DNA from: Octopus vulgaris
Lineage: Eukaryota
DNA length: 64,000 nt
Reading direction: 5' to 3'
Assembly (NCBI GenBank): GCA_951406725.2
Contig: OX597818.1
Location: 130,882,001 to 130,946,000 of the forward strand
In this document: piece by piece, positions 41,066-54,929 of the stretch
Layout of the letters: the number at the start of each line of letters is the position of its first letter
Position numbering within the stretch: position 1 is the stretch's first letter
Program-made: the position numbers and the translations under genes
The notes under the pieces: model-generated
The model's input: only the letters and a program-made list of their open reading frames with translations
Told to the model about the DNA's origin: nothing
The model's database searches: none

Positions 41066-41380
41066 GCAATGAATAACCATGGGATTGCACGTAGAAATTT
41101 ACCCTACAAATCACAAGTCCAGGTTGTTTATGGATGATCTATAGCTGCCTGTGCATTTCAGCCTCCCCCCTCTATATCACCAATGTTATCCAAGAAAAAG
41201 ACAAATTCCAATACAGCTTGGCACCAGTGATGTCATAACTAATTTCTACAGCTGAGTAAACTGGAGCAACGTGAAATAAAGTTTCTTGCTCAAGAACGCA
41301 ACACAGCTTGCTCAGGGAATCAAACTCACTACTTTGTAATTGTGAGACTGGTGCTCTAACCACTGAGCCATGTGCCTTCA
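41066..41380 (-). mobile_element. SINE family E (tRNA-like head, CORE/V-like GTTCTTGAGCAAG motif)
   Basis: TGGCTCAGTGGTTAGAGCA..GAGTTTGATTCC..GTTCTTGAGCAAGAAACTTTATTTCAC on the minus strand; second copy at 50520-50640 (+). Confidence 0.75.
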
Positions 41381-41412
41381 CATTCTATGCATACATATAT
41401 ATATATATATAT

Positions 41413-41755
41413 ATGGCCGTTTGCCAGCCTCATCTGGCACCTGTGTCGGTGGCACATAAAAACACCATCCGAGCGTGGCCGTCTGCCAGCCTCGTCTGGC
41501 ACCTGTGTCGGTGGCACATAAAAAACACCATCCGAGCGTGGCCGTTTGCCAGCCTCGTCTGGCACCTGTGTCGGTGGCACATAAAATCACCCACTACACT
41601 CTCGGAGTGGTTGGCGTTAGGAAGGGCATCCAGCTGTAGAAACACTGCCAGATCTGACTGGACTGGTGCAGCTTTCGGGCTCCCCAGACCCCAGTTGAAC
41701 CGTCCAACCCATGCTAGCATGGAAAGCGGACGCTAAATGATGATGATGATAATGA
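41413..41755 (+). mobile_element. Repeat family C with 3 VNTR units
   Basis: As 24135-24605. Confidence 0.9.
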
Positions 41756-41944
41756 TATATATATATATATATATATATAATAATAAATATTAGGGAATAA
41801 ATCCAAATTTACAGGGAAAAATCAGATTTAGGATTGAATCCAATTTTATGGTAAAATATATAATATTAATTAGAGACAAAACCACTATTATGCAAATCAA
41901 ACAAAGAAAGACTTAATCCAATACATAAAAAATTTTATATAAAT

Positions 41945-42887
41945 ATGTAATGGTAAGAAGCCTGCTTTCCAACCACATGGTTCCAATTCAGCCAACCTGT
42001 GTGACACCTTGGGCAAGTGTCTTCTTTGTGGATTTGATAGATGGATACAGAGAGAAGTTTGTCATATATGTGTGTGAGTTTCTTTGCGTATGTGTTTAAC
42101 ATTTCAACACTGCTTGACAACTGGTGTTGGTGTGTTTACATCCCCATAGCTTAGTGGTTCAGCAAATAAGACTGATAATCTAAGCACTAGGCTTCAAAAA
42201 AAAAAAAAGCTCTGGGGTTGATTTGTTTGACTACAACCCTTCAAGGTGGTGCCCCAGCATGGCCACAGTCAAATAACTGAAACAAGTAAAAGGTAAAGGA
42301 TTATATATATAATAGGCGCAGGAATGGGTGTGTGGTAAGTAGCTTGCTAACCAACCACATGGTTCCGGGTTCAGTCCCACTGCGTGGCATTTTGGGCAAG
42401 TGTCTTCTGCTATAGCCCCGGGCCGACCAATGCCTTGTGAGTGGATTTGGTAGACGGAAACTGAAAGAAGCCTGTCGTATATATATATATATGTATGTGT
42501 GTGTTTGTGTGTCTGTGTTTGTCCCCCTAGCATTGCTTGACAACCGATGCTGGTGTGTTTACGTCGCCGTCACTCAGCGGTTCGGCAAAAGAGACCGATA
42601 GAATAAGTACTGGGCTTACGAAGAATAAGTCCCGGGGTCGATTTGCTCGACTAAAGGCGGTGCTCCAGCATGGCCGCAGTCAAAATGACTGAAACAAGTA
42701 AAAGAGTAAAATAATGAGTGGCTGTGAGGTAAGTAGTTTGCTTACCAACAACATAGTTCTGGGTTCAGTCCCACTGTGTGGCACCTTGGGTAAGTGTCTT
42801 CTATTATAGCCTCGGGCCAACCAAAGCCTTGGGAGCGGATTTGGTGGACGGAAACTGAAAGAAGCCCATCGTACATATATATATGTA

Positions 42888-42938
<51 letters not shown>

Positions 42939-43010
42939 CTATATTTGTTTCCCACCACATCACTTGACAACAGATGGTGGTGTGTTTATGTCCCTGTAAC
43001 TTAGCGGTTT
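41945..43010 (+). mobile_element. Three tandem SINE B copies (41945-42297, 42314-42710, 42715-43010)
   Basis: Repeated SINE B head and CORE-like motif; middle copy full length. Confidence 0.88.
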
Positions 43011-43067
43011 AGCATGAAACAAAGTGATTGTAAAGTGAGAATCTTAACCACTCAGCCATGCCTGCAC

Positions 43068-43123
<56 letters not shown>

Positions 43124-43253
43124 TGTTATATTTGGGGATGGTCATAGTTTACTAATTAAACACATGCACTGTGCATTTGGTCTTCACTTCAGCTTTATTA
43201 TAATCATTTTTAATTTCTTTGCCAAAACTCTTTCATCACACATCCAGTGTTGA

Positions 43254-43289
<36 letters not shown>

Positions 43290-43554
43290 GAGAACAAAGA
43301 CGAACCAACAAAAGAAACTGCAACCGAAAATAATGATAAAAAAAAAATGACTACCACTGCTAAACTTGCACAAACTACTGTTCATACCAAATGCTTTCAG
43401 AAGAACAACAACAAAAACAACATCAACAACAGCAACAGACAAATAATAGGATTAGATGTCTTAGTAAAAACCTATTCTTCCGTTTTTATTTCTTTAAATT
43501 ATTTATTAAAAAAAATTTTTTTTATCAATTCCTATTTATTTAACTAACATCTAT

Positions 43555-43947
43555 TACTCTTTACTCTTTTACTTGTTTCAGTCATTTTCACTGCGGCCAT
43601 GCTGGAGCACCGCCTTTAATCGACCAAATCGACCCTGGGACTTATTCTTTGTAAGCCCAGTACTTATTCTATCGGTCTCTTTTGCCGAACCGCTAAGTTA
43701 TGGGGACGTAAACACACCAACATCGGTTGTCAAGCAATGCTAGGGGGACAAACACAGACACACAAACACACACACATACATATATATAGGCTTCTTTCAG
43801 TTTCCGTCTACCAAATCCACTCACAAGGCATTGGTCGGCCCGGGGTTATAGCAGAAGACACTTGCCCAAAATGCCATGCAGTGGGACTGAACCCGGAACC
43901 ATGTGGCTGGTTAGCAAGCTACTTACCACACAGCCACTCCTGCGCCT
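43555..43947 (-). mobile_element. SINE B, full length
   Basis: Reverse complement of 42314-42710. Confidence 0.92.
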
Positions 43948-44276
43948 ATATCTATCTGTATTCAATTTTATTTTATTTTATTTTTTACAAACTCTTAACA
44001 TGATTTCAATAAACAGAGTAATTTACAAGTAAAATAATTATAACTTTTATCAGAAAACCCTATATGACAGAGAAACAAACCACTCCCCTCACACTACAAT
44101 TACCTTCAACTTATATCACTACCCACCAACCCACCCCTGCCATCACAAAAGATAGTCATTTAATACCCAACACTTAACATTGATATATAAGCATACCCAA
44201 CCAACACATCCCCCCACCTAACAAGATTTAGAAACTATTTTCAATCCTAATTTTGCTGTTGGTATTATGCTTAAAA

Positions 44277-44399
<123 letters not shown>

Positions 44400-44414
44400 C
44401 ATTATTGAAATTTC

Positions 44415-44446
<32 letters not shown>

Positions 44447-44457
44447 ATATATATTTA

Positions 44458-44499
<42 letters not shown>

Positions 44500-44618
44500 T
44501 ACATATATATATATGTATATTTATTTATTTATACATATGCATACACAAATATATATAATATATATATATACTTCTCAGAGCTCTAAGTCTTACTTGCTTT
44601 ATTACTATTATTATTGTT

Positions 44619-44662
<44 letters not shown>

Positions 44663-45062
44663 TATTATTATTATTATTATTACTTTTATCATCCTCTCTT
44701 TTATATAATAAAAGTTTACTTCACTGTTTATTCCCTGTTTTCATCATCCCTTCATTCTTTTTTTTCTTCCCTTCAAACCTTCCTTCCTTCTTCCTTTCTT
44801 TCTTTCTTTTTTTATTCATTCCTCGTTTTCATTTCAATTTAAAAGAATTTCCTTTCATTTTCTTAGTTTTAACTACAGAAGTATTGTTTGCAATTTACTT
44901 TGGATTTAATTTTATATCTTCTTTTATTTCTTTTTCCCTCTTTTTTTTCATGTATTTTACTTTTATCTTTTATATATATACGTGTGTGTGTATAAATTTA
45001 AAAGCAATATATATATATATATATATATTTTATGTGTGTGTATATATATATAAATTTAAAAG

Positions 45063-45099
<37 letters not shown>

Positions 45100-45875
45100 T
45101 ACATATATACATATATACACACACTCATATATATATATATATATAAATTAAAAGGAACATATATATATATACATATATAAATATTCTATTTCAAATAATA
45201 CTTTTTAAAATTCATTGTTTTACTGATTTTTATCTTTTACTGGTTTTTCCTTTTTCCTTTCTTACCTTATTTATTTTTGCTATTATTACCATTCTTTTCT
45301 TGAAAACCATCTTTTAGTGAAATATATAATCTTGAGAAGTTTTAAAAGCTTTATGACACATTGAGGTATCGAAAGAGATATCTAAGTTTAGAATGCGGTG
45401 GAGTCTATTGACAGATAAGTTACATGGTAGGAAATAACCGTTTTTACAGTCAGTTTCTCTAAGCCCTTTATTATTCCCATGAAACAGACAATTCCTCCGC
45501 CTCTAGGAAGCTTTTTAAGTCTTTTGAGGTATAAGCAAAGACACAGAGAGGGAGCAAAGGAGAATGAGAGAGAGAGAGGAAATGGCGTGAGAGGGAGGGG
45601 AAGAAGGAGAGAGAGAGATGGTTAGGGATAGAGGGCAATTATATATACCTTATTCAATTAAAACAAATGAATTAAAAGGAGTCAGACAGCTAGCTCTCCA
45701 TTAGAATGTAACAAGTAATTTTTGTTTTAGCATTTCATTTAAAGCCACTCTGTTTCAAATCCCCTTATAAACATGTAGTGTGTATATGATTTTATATATA
45801 TATATATATATACATATGTATGTAATGTATCTATACATTTATATATATATAATAATATATACAAGTAATGTAATG

Positions 45876-45923
<48 letters not shown>

Positions 45924-46222
45924 ATGTAATGTATGTATGTGTATATATATAAATGTGCACACAAATATATATATATGTACACATTACACACACACACATA
46001 CAAACATGAACTGATAAACCTTTGTGTGTGTGTTTATTGTCAACTGAAGTATTTGCATTATTGTGTGTACGCCGAATTATACCATATTTATTTGCACAAA
46101 TAATACATTCCATGAGAATTAATGAAATTATTTCTACTTTACATATTGATGTACAACATCAAGCTAAGAAGGGCCACTCCATATGGATGCTCAATAAGCT
46201 AGAAATAACAGCTAAATCGCCC

Positions 46223-46430
46223 TTAACCCTTTTAGAATTCAAACCCGGCCGTATCTGGCTCAAATATTCTACCTGTTTCACATTCAAACTAACTAGATCT
46301 AGCCTCTCTCACTTACCCTATAATGTCTGTCTAGAAATAAACATTTCTGCAATTTCAAAACTCCAAGATAATGCATGATTAATTTGAAACAATAAATGAC
46401 TATCTCATCTGACAGACTAATCAGAATGTT
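46223..46430. mobile_element. piggyBac-type MITE (TTAACCCTTT.. family), right end lost; second copy at 47815-48043
   Basis: TTAACCCTTTTAGAATTCAAAC start; shared internal AAATATTC.ACCTGTT..TTCAAAC..CTTACCCTA..CAAGATAA.GCATGATTAATT; second copy ends AATGCTAAACAGTTAA. Confidence 0.7.
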
Positions 46431-46431
46431 C

Positions 46432-46815
46432 ATCATCATCATCATCATCATCATCGTTTAACATCCGCTTTCCATGCTAGCATGGGTTGGACGATTTGAC
46501 TGAGATTTGGCAAACCATATGGCTGCACCAGGCTTCAATCTTGATCTGGCAGAGTTTCTACAGCTGGATGCCCTTCCTAACGCCAACCAATCCGAGAGTG
46601 TAGTGGGTGCTTTTTACGTGCCACTGGCATGAGGGCCAGTCAGGCAGTACTGGCAACGACCTCACTCGAATCTTTTTACACATGCCACCGGCACAGGTGC
46701 CAGTAAGGCGATGCTGGTAACGATCACGCTCGAATGGTGCCTCCTACATGCCACTGGCATGGAGGCCAGTTAGCTGCTCTGGCAATGATCATGCTCGGAT
46801 GGTGCTCTTAGCACC
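46432..46815 (-). mobile_element. Repeat family C with VNTR
   Basis: Near-identical to 40565-40940. Confidence 0.88.
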
Positions 46816-47029
46816 ACAATCCAATATGTATGAAACCGATGATCACATTGGATATTGTAGTCATGAATATGGAAAATGAAGGTGAAGATACCACTGTTAC
46901 AAATGGAATGAAGACTGACCTGGAGTTAACTATAACAGCAACAACAGTCACAATACTCTACACTTTACTATTGCAGTCATGTGTAACTTATACACCTAAT
47001 ACCTAACAATCATAAGCAGAAAGTGTAAC

Positions 47030-47333
47030 CTCTCGAAAGAGCTGTTCTTCACTCCTGCTCCAGAGCATCGGCTGTGGGGTCATTCCAAAAAGCTCTATCT
47101 GCATCAATTTCATCTCAATCGAAGGAGAGGTTCTTTCTCCGTCCAGGTTGTGGATCCGTGGAATAAGCTGCCAGACGAGATGGTGAAGATGCCGATGACT
47201 GCTCGGTTCAAAGTCTCTCTTGACCTCAAGTGGCCTGAACTCTTTACATGAACACCACCCTGTACATAACTCCATGTCTCCCTTGCTTTTTGCTTTTTGA
47301 GCCAAAAAATTAACTAACTAACTAACTAACTAA
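47030..47333 (+). mobile_element. CR1-group LINE 3' end with (AACT)n tail
   Basis: LFFTPAPEHRLWGHSKKLYLHQFHLNRRRGSFSVQVVDPWNKLPDEMV..FKVSLD (cf. RGH..KL..R..FFS.RVV..WN.LP). Confidence 0.85.
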
Positions 47334-48044
47334 ATCATATGAGCACTGATCAAGAAAAAAATCCCTTAGTGCTGCTCTAAATTACTGGACCTTACATAAT
47401 TGGATGATCTTTCACATTGTTAAAACTTCATCCCAAATACTAGTTTTCTCTCTTCAGGATCAGAAAATGGTTTTATTTCTGTTCCCACTTTTTTTTACTA
47501 AGCCTCTGTGTGGGTCACATCACAGTTCAGCTCACATATCTGACATGTCACTGCTGCTAACATATCTGTAAATGCCATTTGAGTTGTTCACAAAAACACA
47601 AAAATCTAGAGTACAATCTAGCTCACTGGTTCTCAACTGGGGTCAATATGGCCCTTAGGGGTCCATATGGATGTTGGGGGTCCATGTAAGATTTTGTTGT
47701 TAAAATTTATGTGCAATATATTGTTTAAACTTCTACAATACACAAGAAATTTTAACAATGTTTTCTTATACGACATCCAGTAATATTTAATTATAGAAAT
47801 ATAATAGGATTTTAAAAAACTCTTTGGCATTAAAACCGACCATATGTGGTCTAAATATTCAACCTGTTCTATGTTCAAACCAGCCAGATGCAGCCTCTCA
47901 TACTTACCCTACAATGTTTTTTCTAAAAATAAGCAATCACTTCATTAAAATCTCAAAGCTACAAGATAAAGCATGATTAATTCAAAAGAATGTGAATAAA
48001 TGAGAATCACATTTGACAGAGTAATTTTAATGCTAAACAGTTAA

Positions 48045-48270
48045 ACATCAAATAGTTCCAAAAAGTTCCTGGCTTTAAGGGCATCACAAGAGGCCTGGTT
48101 TGTGGCCAATCCTTCTGAGTTCTTTTACAAGTCTTAGAAAAACTGAAGGACCACTGCAATTGGTATGTGAAACTGAGAAGGGGAATATGTTGAATAAAAT
48201 CTTAATTAACTGATCCTCCTATATTTTCTTTTAGCCAGAAGCAGGAACTTTCCAGCACTCCCTTGTGTAT
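48045..48270 (+). mobile_element. Mariner-derived non-autonomous element
   Basis: TIR-like AAAAGTTCCTGGCTTT / GCAGGAACTTTCCAGCACTCCCTTG; internal remnant LEKLKDHCNWYVKL..EYVE* resembles a mariner C-terminus. Confidence 0.7.
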
Positions 48271-48286
48271 ATATATATATATATAT

Positions 48287-48559
48287 GTCATATGATATAG
48301 TGTATATTTATACACATAAGGAACCCACTTAACGTGAATTCAACACATTAGAAAGAACAGCTAAGTTCTATAATTTGGAAATGAAAAACATTTACCATCT
48401 AGTACCTTAGATGGTAAATGTTTTTCATTTCCAAATTTATTCCTGTCGAATTTTATCCGTTATTTTTGTGGTTTACAGAACCTAGCTGTTCTTTCTAATG
48501 TGTTGAATTCACGTTAAGTGGATTCCTTATGTGTATAAATATACACTATATCGTATGAC
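48287..48559. repeat. Young fold-back element with nested hairpin
   Basis: ~87-bp outer arms with few mismatches; perfect ~30-bp inner hairpin at 48372-48437. Confidence 0.92.
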
Positions 48560-48657
48560 TATTATATAGTCTTCTTGACTAATTTTTTTTGCATGTTAGA
48601 CCACTGGAAATGTAAATTTTGATTGAATATTTTAATTTTAATTAAATTCCATTTCCA

Positions 48658-49085
48658 TTCGATCAATGGAAATTGCAGATGTGTTACCAGTGCCGGTGGC
48701 ATGTAAGAGAACCTTCCGTTTTGCGACCGTTGCCAGCAGCGCCCCGACTGGCCTCGTGCCGATGGCACGTAAAAAGCACCATCCGTTCGTGTCCGTTGCC
48801 AGCCTCGACTGGCCCTCGTGCCGGTGGCACATAAAAAGCACCATCAATTCGTGGCCGTTTGCCAGCTCTGTCTGGCACCTGTGCGGGTGGCACGTAAAAA
48901 GCACCCACTACACTCTTGGAGTGGTTGGCGTTAGGAAGGGCATCCAGCCGTAGAAACACTGCCAGATTTGACTGGGCCTGATGAAGCCTTCTGGCTTCAC
49001 AGACCCCAGTGAGAACCGTCCAACCCATGCTAGCATGGAAAACGGACGCTAAACGATGATGATGATGATGATGATGATGATGATA
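48658..49085 (+). mobile_element. Repeat family C with VNTR
   Basis: As other C copies; (GAT)n tail. Confidence 0.88.
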
Positions 49086-49341
49086 TATATATATATATAT
49101 ATCAAAAGACATTCACAAAAAATAGTAAAGATGGCATTAAAAATATATCTAAACAAAATTGTAATGCTGTGAGAAATAAAAAATGTTATGTATGATTTAA
49201 ATGCTAAGGGGACTCTTGAGTCATTTTTCATTTAAGGTCTTTTGGATTCAAAAAGTTGTTACAATTGTTTATCCTTAATTTGAACTATGCTAATGTCATT
49301 TTTGGCACATGGCATTTAACTTCAATTTTAATTATATATAT

Positions 49342-49393
<52 letters not shown>

Positions 49394-49861
49394 GTTCTCC
49401 TTATCATATCTATTATATCTCAGAAACTACACATTAAACACTTTACTCAATCCTTTTTCACTTGGAAATTTGCAATTCTCTGGAACTCCCTCCCTGCTCA
49501 CATTTTACATTTCCAACCCACTTCTCAGACATCAACTTTCATAAATTCAGAAAATTCACTGCTGGCACCATGCATTTAACTTCAATTTCTAACTGCATGT
49601 CCTTCCCATTTTCTAGTCCATTATAATATATAGCCATTAAAGACATGTAATCATTAAGAGAACTTCATTCATTAAAGCAAAGTAAAGTCCCTACCCTAAT
49701 TCTGTGATAAGCTTAGAATGGCCAGCAGATCCGATTTCTTGAGTAGTAATTGAGTCAGCTGAAAACAAACATTAATTTTTGTTTATACACACACACATAT
49801 ATAAACACACACACACATAAACGAGAGGGATATAGATAGACACACACACACACACACACAC

Positions 49862-49900
<39 letters not shown>

Positions 49901-49935
49901 TACACACACACAAACACACACATACATATATATAT

Positions 49936-50475
49936 CATCATCATCATCATCGTCGTTTAACGTCCGTTCTCCATGCTAGCATGGGTTGGACGGTTCGACC
50001 GGGGTTCTGGGAAGCCAGAAGGCTGCACCAGGCTCCAGTCTAATCTGGCAATGTTTCTACAGCTGGATGCCCTTCCTAACGCCAACCACTCCGTGAGTGT
50101 AGTTAAATGACTGAAACAAGTAAAAGAGTAAAAGAATATATATATATATATATATATTCTTTTACTCTACTTGTTTCAGTCATTTGACTGTGGCCATGCT
50201 GGAGCACCGCCTTTAGTCGAGCAAATCGACCCCAGGACTTATTCTTTGTAAGCCCAGTACTTATTCTATTGGTTTCTTTTGCCGAACCGCTAAGTGACGG
50301 GGATGTAAACACACCAGCATCGGTTCTCAAGCAATGCTAGGGGGACAAACACAGACACACACATATATATATATACATACATATATACGACGGGCCTCCT
50401 TCAGTTTCCGTCTACCAAATCCACTCACAAGGCTTTGGTTGGCCCGAGGCTATAGTAGAAGACACTTGCCCAAGA
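49936..50475 (-). mobile_element. Family C fragment (49936-50102) plus SINE B (50157-50475), with a short inverted SINE B tail copy at 50104-50136
   Basis: Diagnostic motifs of both families. Confidence 0.82.
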
Positions 50476-50691
50476 TATATATATATATATATATATAAAC
50501 AGACATGTTCACACACATATGTAGTGGTTAGAGTGTCAAGCTCACAATCATGAGGCTGTGAGTTTGATTCCTGGATCGGGTCGTGTTGTGTTCTTGAACA
50601 AGACACTTTATTTCATATTGTGCCAGGTCACTCAGCTGCATTTCATGCATTTAAAAACAATATACACTTTTGATAAAACAGTTGCTCCCAC

Positions 50692-51191
50692 AAAGCAAAT
50701 TAAATAAAATTTGGGATTTTTGCGGAGGGTCAAAATTGGTAACGCAAACAGGACGGTGAAAACAAACAGGAAGGGCTGCTAACCCTAACTGAGGTTGTGG
50801 TGGCAAACACATTAATCAAGCAGGAACAGGAGACAAACAAGAACACATCTTCCTTGTTCCAGTTACAATGGAGAAAAAGAAACACAAGTTATGAGAGAAA
50901 ATTGGCTGATGGTCACATGAGAGCCACGTGAGCAAGGGAGGAGGAGTGAAGGAGAGACTCTGCCACTCTCTCGTGGCTCTCACAGGACCATCAGCCATCT
51001 TTCTTCTTCTAACTTGTGTTTCTTTATCTCCATGGTAGCTGGAACAAGGAAGACTTGTTCTTGTTTGTCTCCTGTCTACGCTTGATTTACATATTCACCA
51101 CCACAACCTCGTTTAGGGTTAGCAGCTCTTCCTGTTTGTGTTACCTATTTTGACCCTCCGCAAATATTCCAAATTTTATTTAATTTGCTTT
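50692..51191. repeat. 500-bp fold-back element (~230-bp diverged arms)
   Basis: AAAGCAAATTAAATAAAATTTGG..TTTGCGGAGGGTCAAAAT / ATTTTGACCCTCCGCAAA..CCAAATTTTATTTAATTTGCTTT; inner GGCTGATGGTC..GAGAGCCACG / CGTGGCTCTC..GACCATCAGCC. Confidence 0.9.
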
Positions 51192-51202
51192 TATATATAT
51201 GT

Positions 51203-51273
<71 letters not shown>

Positions 51274-51292
51274 TATATACATACATATATAT

Positions 51293-51361
<69 letters not shown>

Positions 51362-51362
51362 C

Positions 51363-51416
<54 letters not shown>

Positions 51417-51819
51417 CTACGATGGGCATCTTTCAGTTTCCATCTACCAAATCCAAGGCTTTGGTTAGCCTGAGGATATAGTAGAAGACACTTGCCCAAG
51501 GTGCCATGCAATAGGACTGAACCTGGAACCATGTGGTTTGTAAGGAAGCTCCTAACCACACAGCCACTCCTATGCAAAAATGAGGAAACTTGATACCCAT
51601 TAATGGTGAAAAAGAATGTAGAACTTTGACCAGCTTCATATGTATCAAAGATCATTGTGGTCAACCTGCTAGAAATAACAACCAAGCATCTCTCAAATCA
51701 CGCATCACTATCTTTAAATTCCTGATGAGAATGCTGCTGCTGCTGCTGATGATGATGATGATAATGGTAATACTGATGATTGCAATGTGGATGAAGATGA
51801 TGATGACTGGGGTGGTGGT

Positions 51820-52168
51820 GGATGGGGGTAATAATACTGGAAATACTTATTACAACGTGGCTAACCATCAGGAAAATGATGACAATGATAAGGAGAATGA
51901 TCTTGATAAGGACAGTAGTGTTGATGACAGCAATGATAACGACAATGATGATGATGATGACGATGATGATGATGATGATGACGATGATGATGATGATGAC
52001 GATGATGATGATGATGACGATGATGATGATGATGACGATGATGATGATGATGACGATGATGATGACGATGATGACGATGATGATGACGATGATGATAATG
52101 ATGACGATGATGATGATGACGATGATGATGATGATGATGATGATGATGACGACAATGATGATGATGAC

Positions 52169-52219
<51 letters not shown>

Positions 52220-52435
52220 CCTGATCATGATGACGATGATGATGATGATGACGATGATGATGATGATGATGATGATGATGACGATGATGATGATGACGAT
52301 GATGATGATGATGACGATGATGATGATGATGATGATGATGGCAGTAGTCGTCATGATAGCTATGGTGATGATGGTGACAATGATGATGATGATGATGGTA
52401 ATGCTGATGCTGAAGGTGATAGTGGTAATGATAGC

Positions 52436-52490
<55 letters not shown>

Positions 52491-52710
52491 GTGGTGATGA
52501 TGATGATGATGATCATGATTATTTGATGGAAGACAGTAGGAAGGAAGGTAATGATAGTAATAATGATGATGATGATAATGATGACAATGATGATGATGAT
52601 GATGATAATGATGACAATGACAATGATGATGACAGCGACAATGACAAAGGCGATGATAATGATTCTAAAATGGAAGACAATGGGACAGATGACATATGAT
52701 GATTGTGATG
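51820..52710. repeat. (GAT/GAC)n trinucleotide tract (poly-Asp reading frame)
   Basis: Direct reading; core 51945-52500. Confidence 0.93.
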
Positions 52711-52795
52711 GTAATGGTGGTGGTGGTGGTGGTGGTGGTGGTGGTAGTAGTGAAAAGTTGCTAAATGCAACAGAAACAGAATCTTTTGTCATATT

Positions 52796-52835
<40 letters not shown>

Positions 52836-53894
52836 TATATACACTGATGCAATGTCATGCTCGTCTACCTTTCAGTACAACATAAGTGACAGTTTCTCTC
52901 CCCACTGTGACAATGTCACATATCTCTATTCTCTTCAAGATGTCTACTTCTCTAAGGCAACTGCAGAAAATTGATAATTCTTGATAACCTTCTAATCTAG
53001 CAACAACTTTCACATGTCAAGAAAAACAAAAACAAAGCAAAAAAAAAAAAAAACTACAACACTACACCTACCCCTATCAAGGTACCCACCAACCCACTTT
53101 TATATCGGTACCCCACCTCCTGTATCACCTCTTCTTGTGGTTCCTTTTTCTTTCTATTATTTTTCATTTTGTTTTTTTTTTGGGGGGGGTATTTTTGTTG
53201 TTTCAGGCTCCATTTAATTGTTTTTATTTTTCATTTCTTTATTATTTCTCGAATTCATTTCTTCTCATCTCTTTTATTGTAATTTTTCTTTTTTCTTACT
53301 AATTTTCTTTGTTTCTTTAAGGCCTGCTAAATCTCTTTCTTCCTCTCTCTCTCTCTCTCTCTCTCCTTGTTTTTTCCATTCTCTCTCTTTCTCTCTCCCT
53401 CCTTTGCTCCCTTTATGCTTGCCTTCCTTTTTTCCTTCCTGTATCTTCTTCTTTTTCATCCTCATCAAAACAATATCACAATCATCAATGTCATTATCAC
53501 CTCCATCCTCCCCTCCTCCTCCACATTATCATCATCATCAGCAGCAGCACCACCACCACCACCACCAGCAGCAGCAACATTATCCTCATCATCATCATTT
53601 GCATTAATACTTATTAATATAATATTGCCGGCAGAAATGTTAGCACACCGGACGAAATGCTTAGTGGTATTTCGTCTGTCTTTACATTCTGAGTTCAAAT
53701 TCTGCTGAGGTCGAATTTGCCTTTCATCCTTTTGGGGTCCGATAAATTAAGTACCAGTTGCGTCCCGGGGTCAATCTAATCGACTGGCACCCACCACAAA
53801 ATTTTCAGGCCTTGTGCCTAGAGAAGAAAAAAATATTGTTTTCAAATTTCAACACAAATCCTGCATATTCAGAGTGGGTGGGAGGGTGGGGGTA

Positions 53895-54925
53895 AATCAC
53901 CAACTTGTGTGTTATCACCAGCTGATCTGAGCAATCGACCCCACCCATCCTTTCATTGCATGAAACAACTACACTTTGTTTCACTATGGCATTACTTTCC
54001 ACATCTTGTTTCCTAGTGTCCTTCTTGCTTGTAGAATGCATTGTAGATAACATGCAGACGTTTTTCCTGTCACACCACACTAGTGCAAGAATGCCATTAT
54101 TGGTGCATCGGTATACTGTTTCCCCCTTTCGAAGTTTTATCCTGTGAAGATTGAGTAGCATTAGTCCTCCTTGCCTGCAGCTGCAGGAAGAGGTCTTGAC
54201 TGGAAAACCAGTAGTCCATATAAATATTGTAGCCTTTATCAAACAAGGCGCAGGAGTGGCTGTGTGGTAAGTAGCTTGCTAACCAACCACATGGTTCCGG
54301 GTTCAGTCCCACTGTGTGGCACCTTGGGCAAGTGTCTTCTACTATAGCCTCGGGCCGACCAATGCCTTGTGAGCGGATTTGGTAGACGGAAACTGAAAGA
54401 AGCCCGTCGTATATATGTATATATATATATATATGTATGTGTGTGTTTGTGTGTCTGTGTTTGTCCCCCTAGCATTGCTTGGCAACCGATGCTGGTGTGT
54501 TTATGTCCCTGTCACTTAGCAGTTCGGCAAAAAGAGACTGATAGAATGAGTACTGGGCTTACAAAAATAAGTCCCGGGGTCGAGTTGCTCGACTAAAAGG
54601 TGGTGCGCCAGCATGGCCGCAGTCAAATGACTGAAACAAGTAAAAGAGTAAGTTTTCATCCAGCAACAATACAACATCAGTTGACGCTAGAGAAGATGCT
54701 GGAAGATCCAATCTGTCCTGACCAGTGTAGATTTTGTAATTCCATGTGTACCCACAAGCTCTGCCAGTTGACTGGTATATTTTATAAACCTTGACTTCAA
54801 AGTGGGAACGTTTGGACAGGTTGCATTGTTTGAATCGGAGACTCCCCTTGAATTTCCATGAACTCTTGTCCATACAAATGTCCTGAGTGGGGATATACAC
54901 CATTCTGAAATTTTCAGCCATTTCA
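53895..54925 (-). pseudogene. Decayed piggyBac (PGBD4-like) transposase, split by SINE B
   Basis: YIPTQDICMDKS..FKGSLRFKQ..K..GYTWNYKIYTG..DEN|LFDKGYNIYMDYWFSS..LVWCDRKNVCMLSTMH..NERMGGVDCSDQ. Confidence 0.9.
54247..54649 (+). mobile_element. SINE B, full length, inserted in the piggyBac ORF
   Basis: Removing it restores DENLFDKG. Confidence 0.92.
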
Positions 54926-54929
54926 TCCT

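Noticed and set aside
49400-49600. QSFF..ILWNSLPAHI, resembling an L2/CR1 RT end
   Set aside because: Too short and decayed to assign confidently
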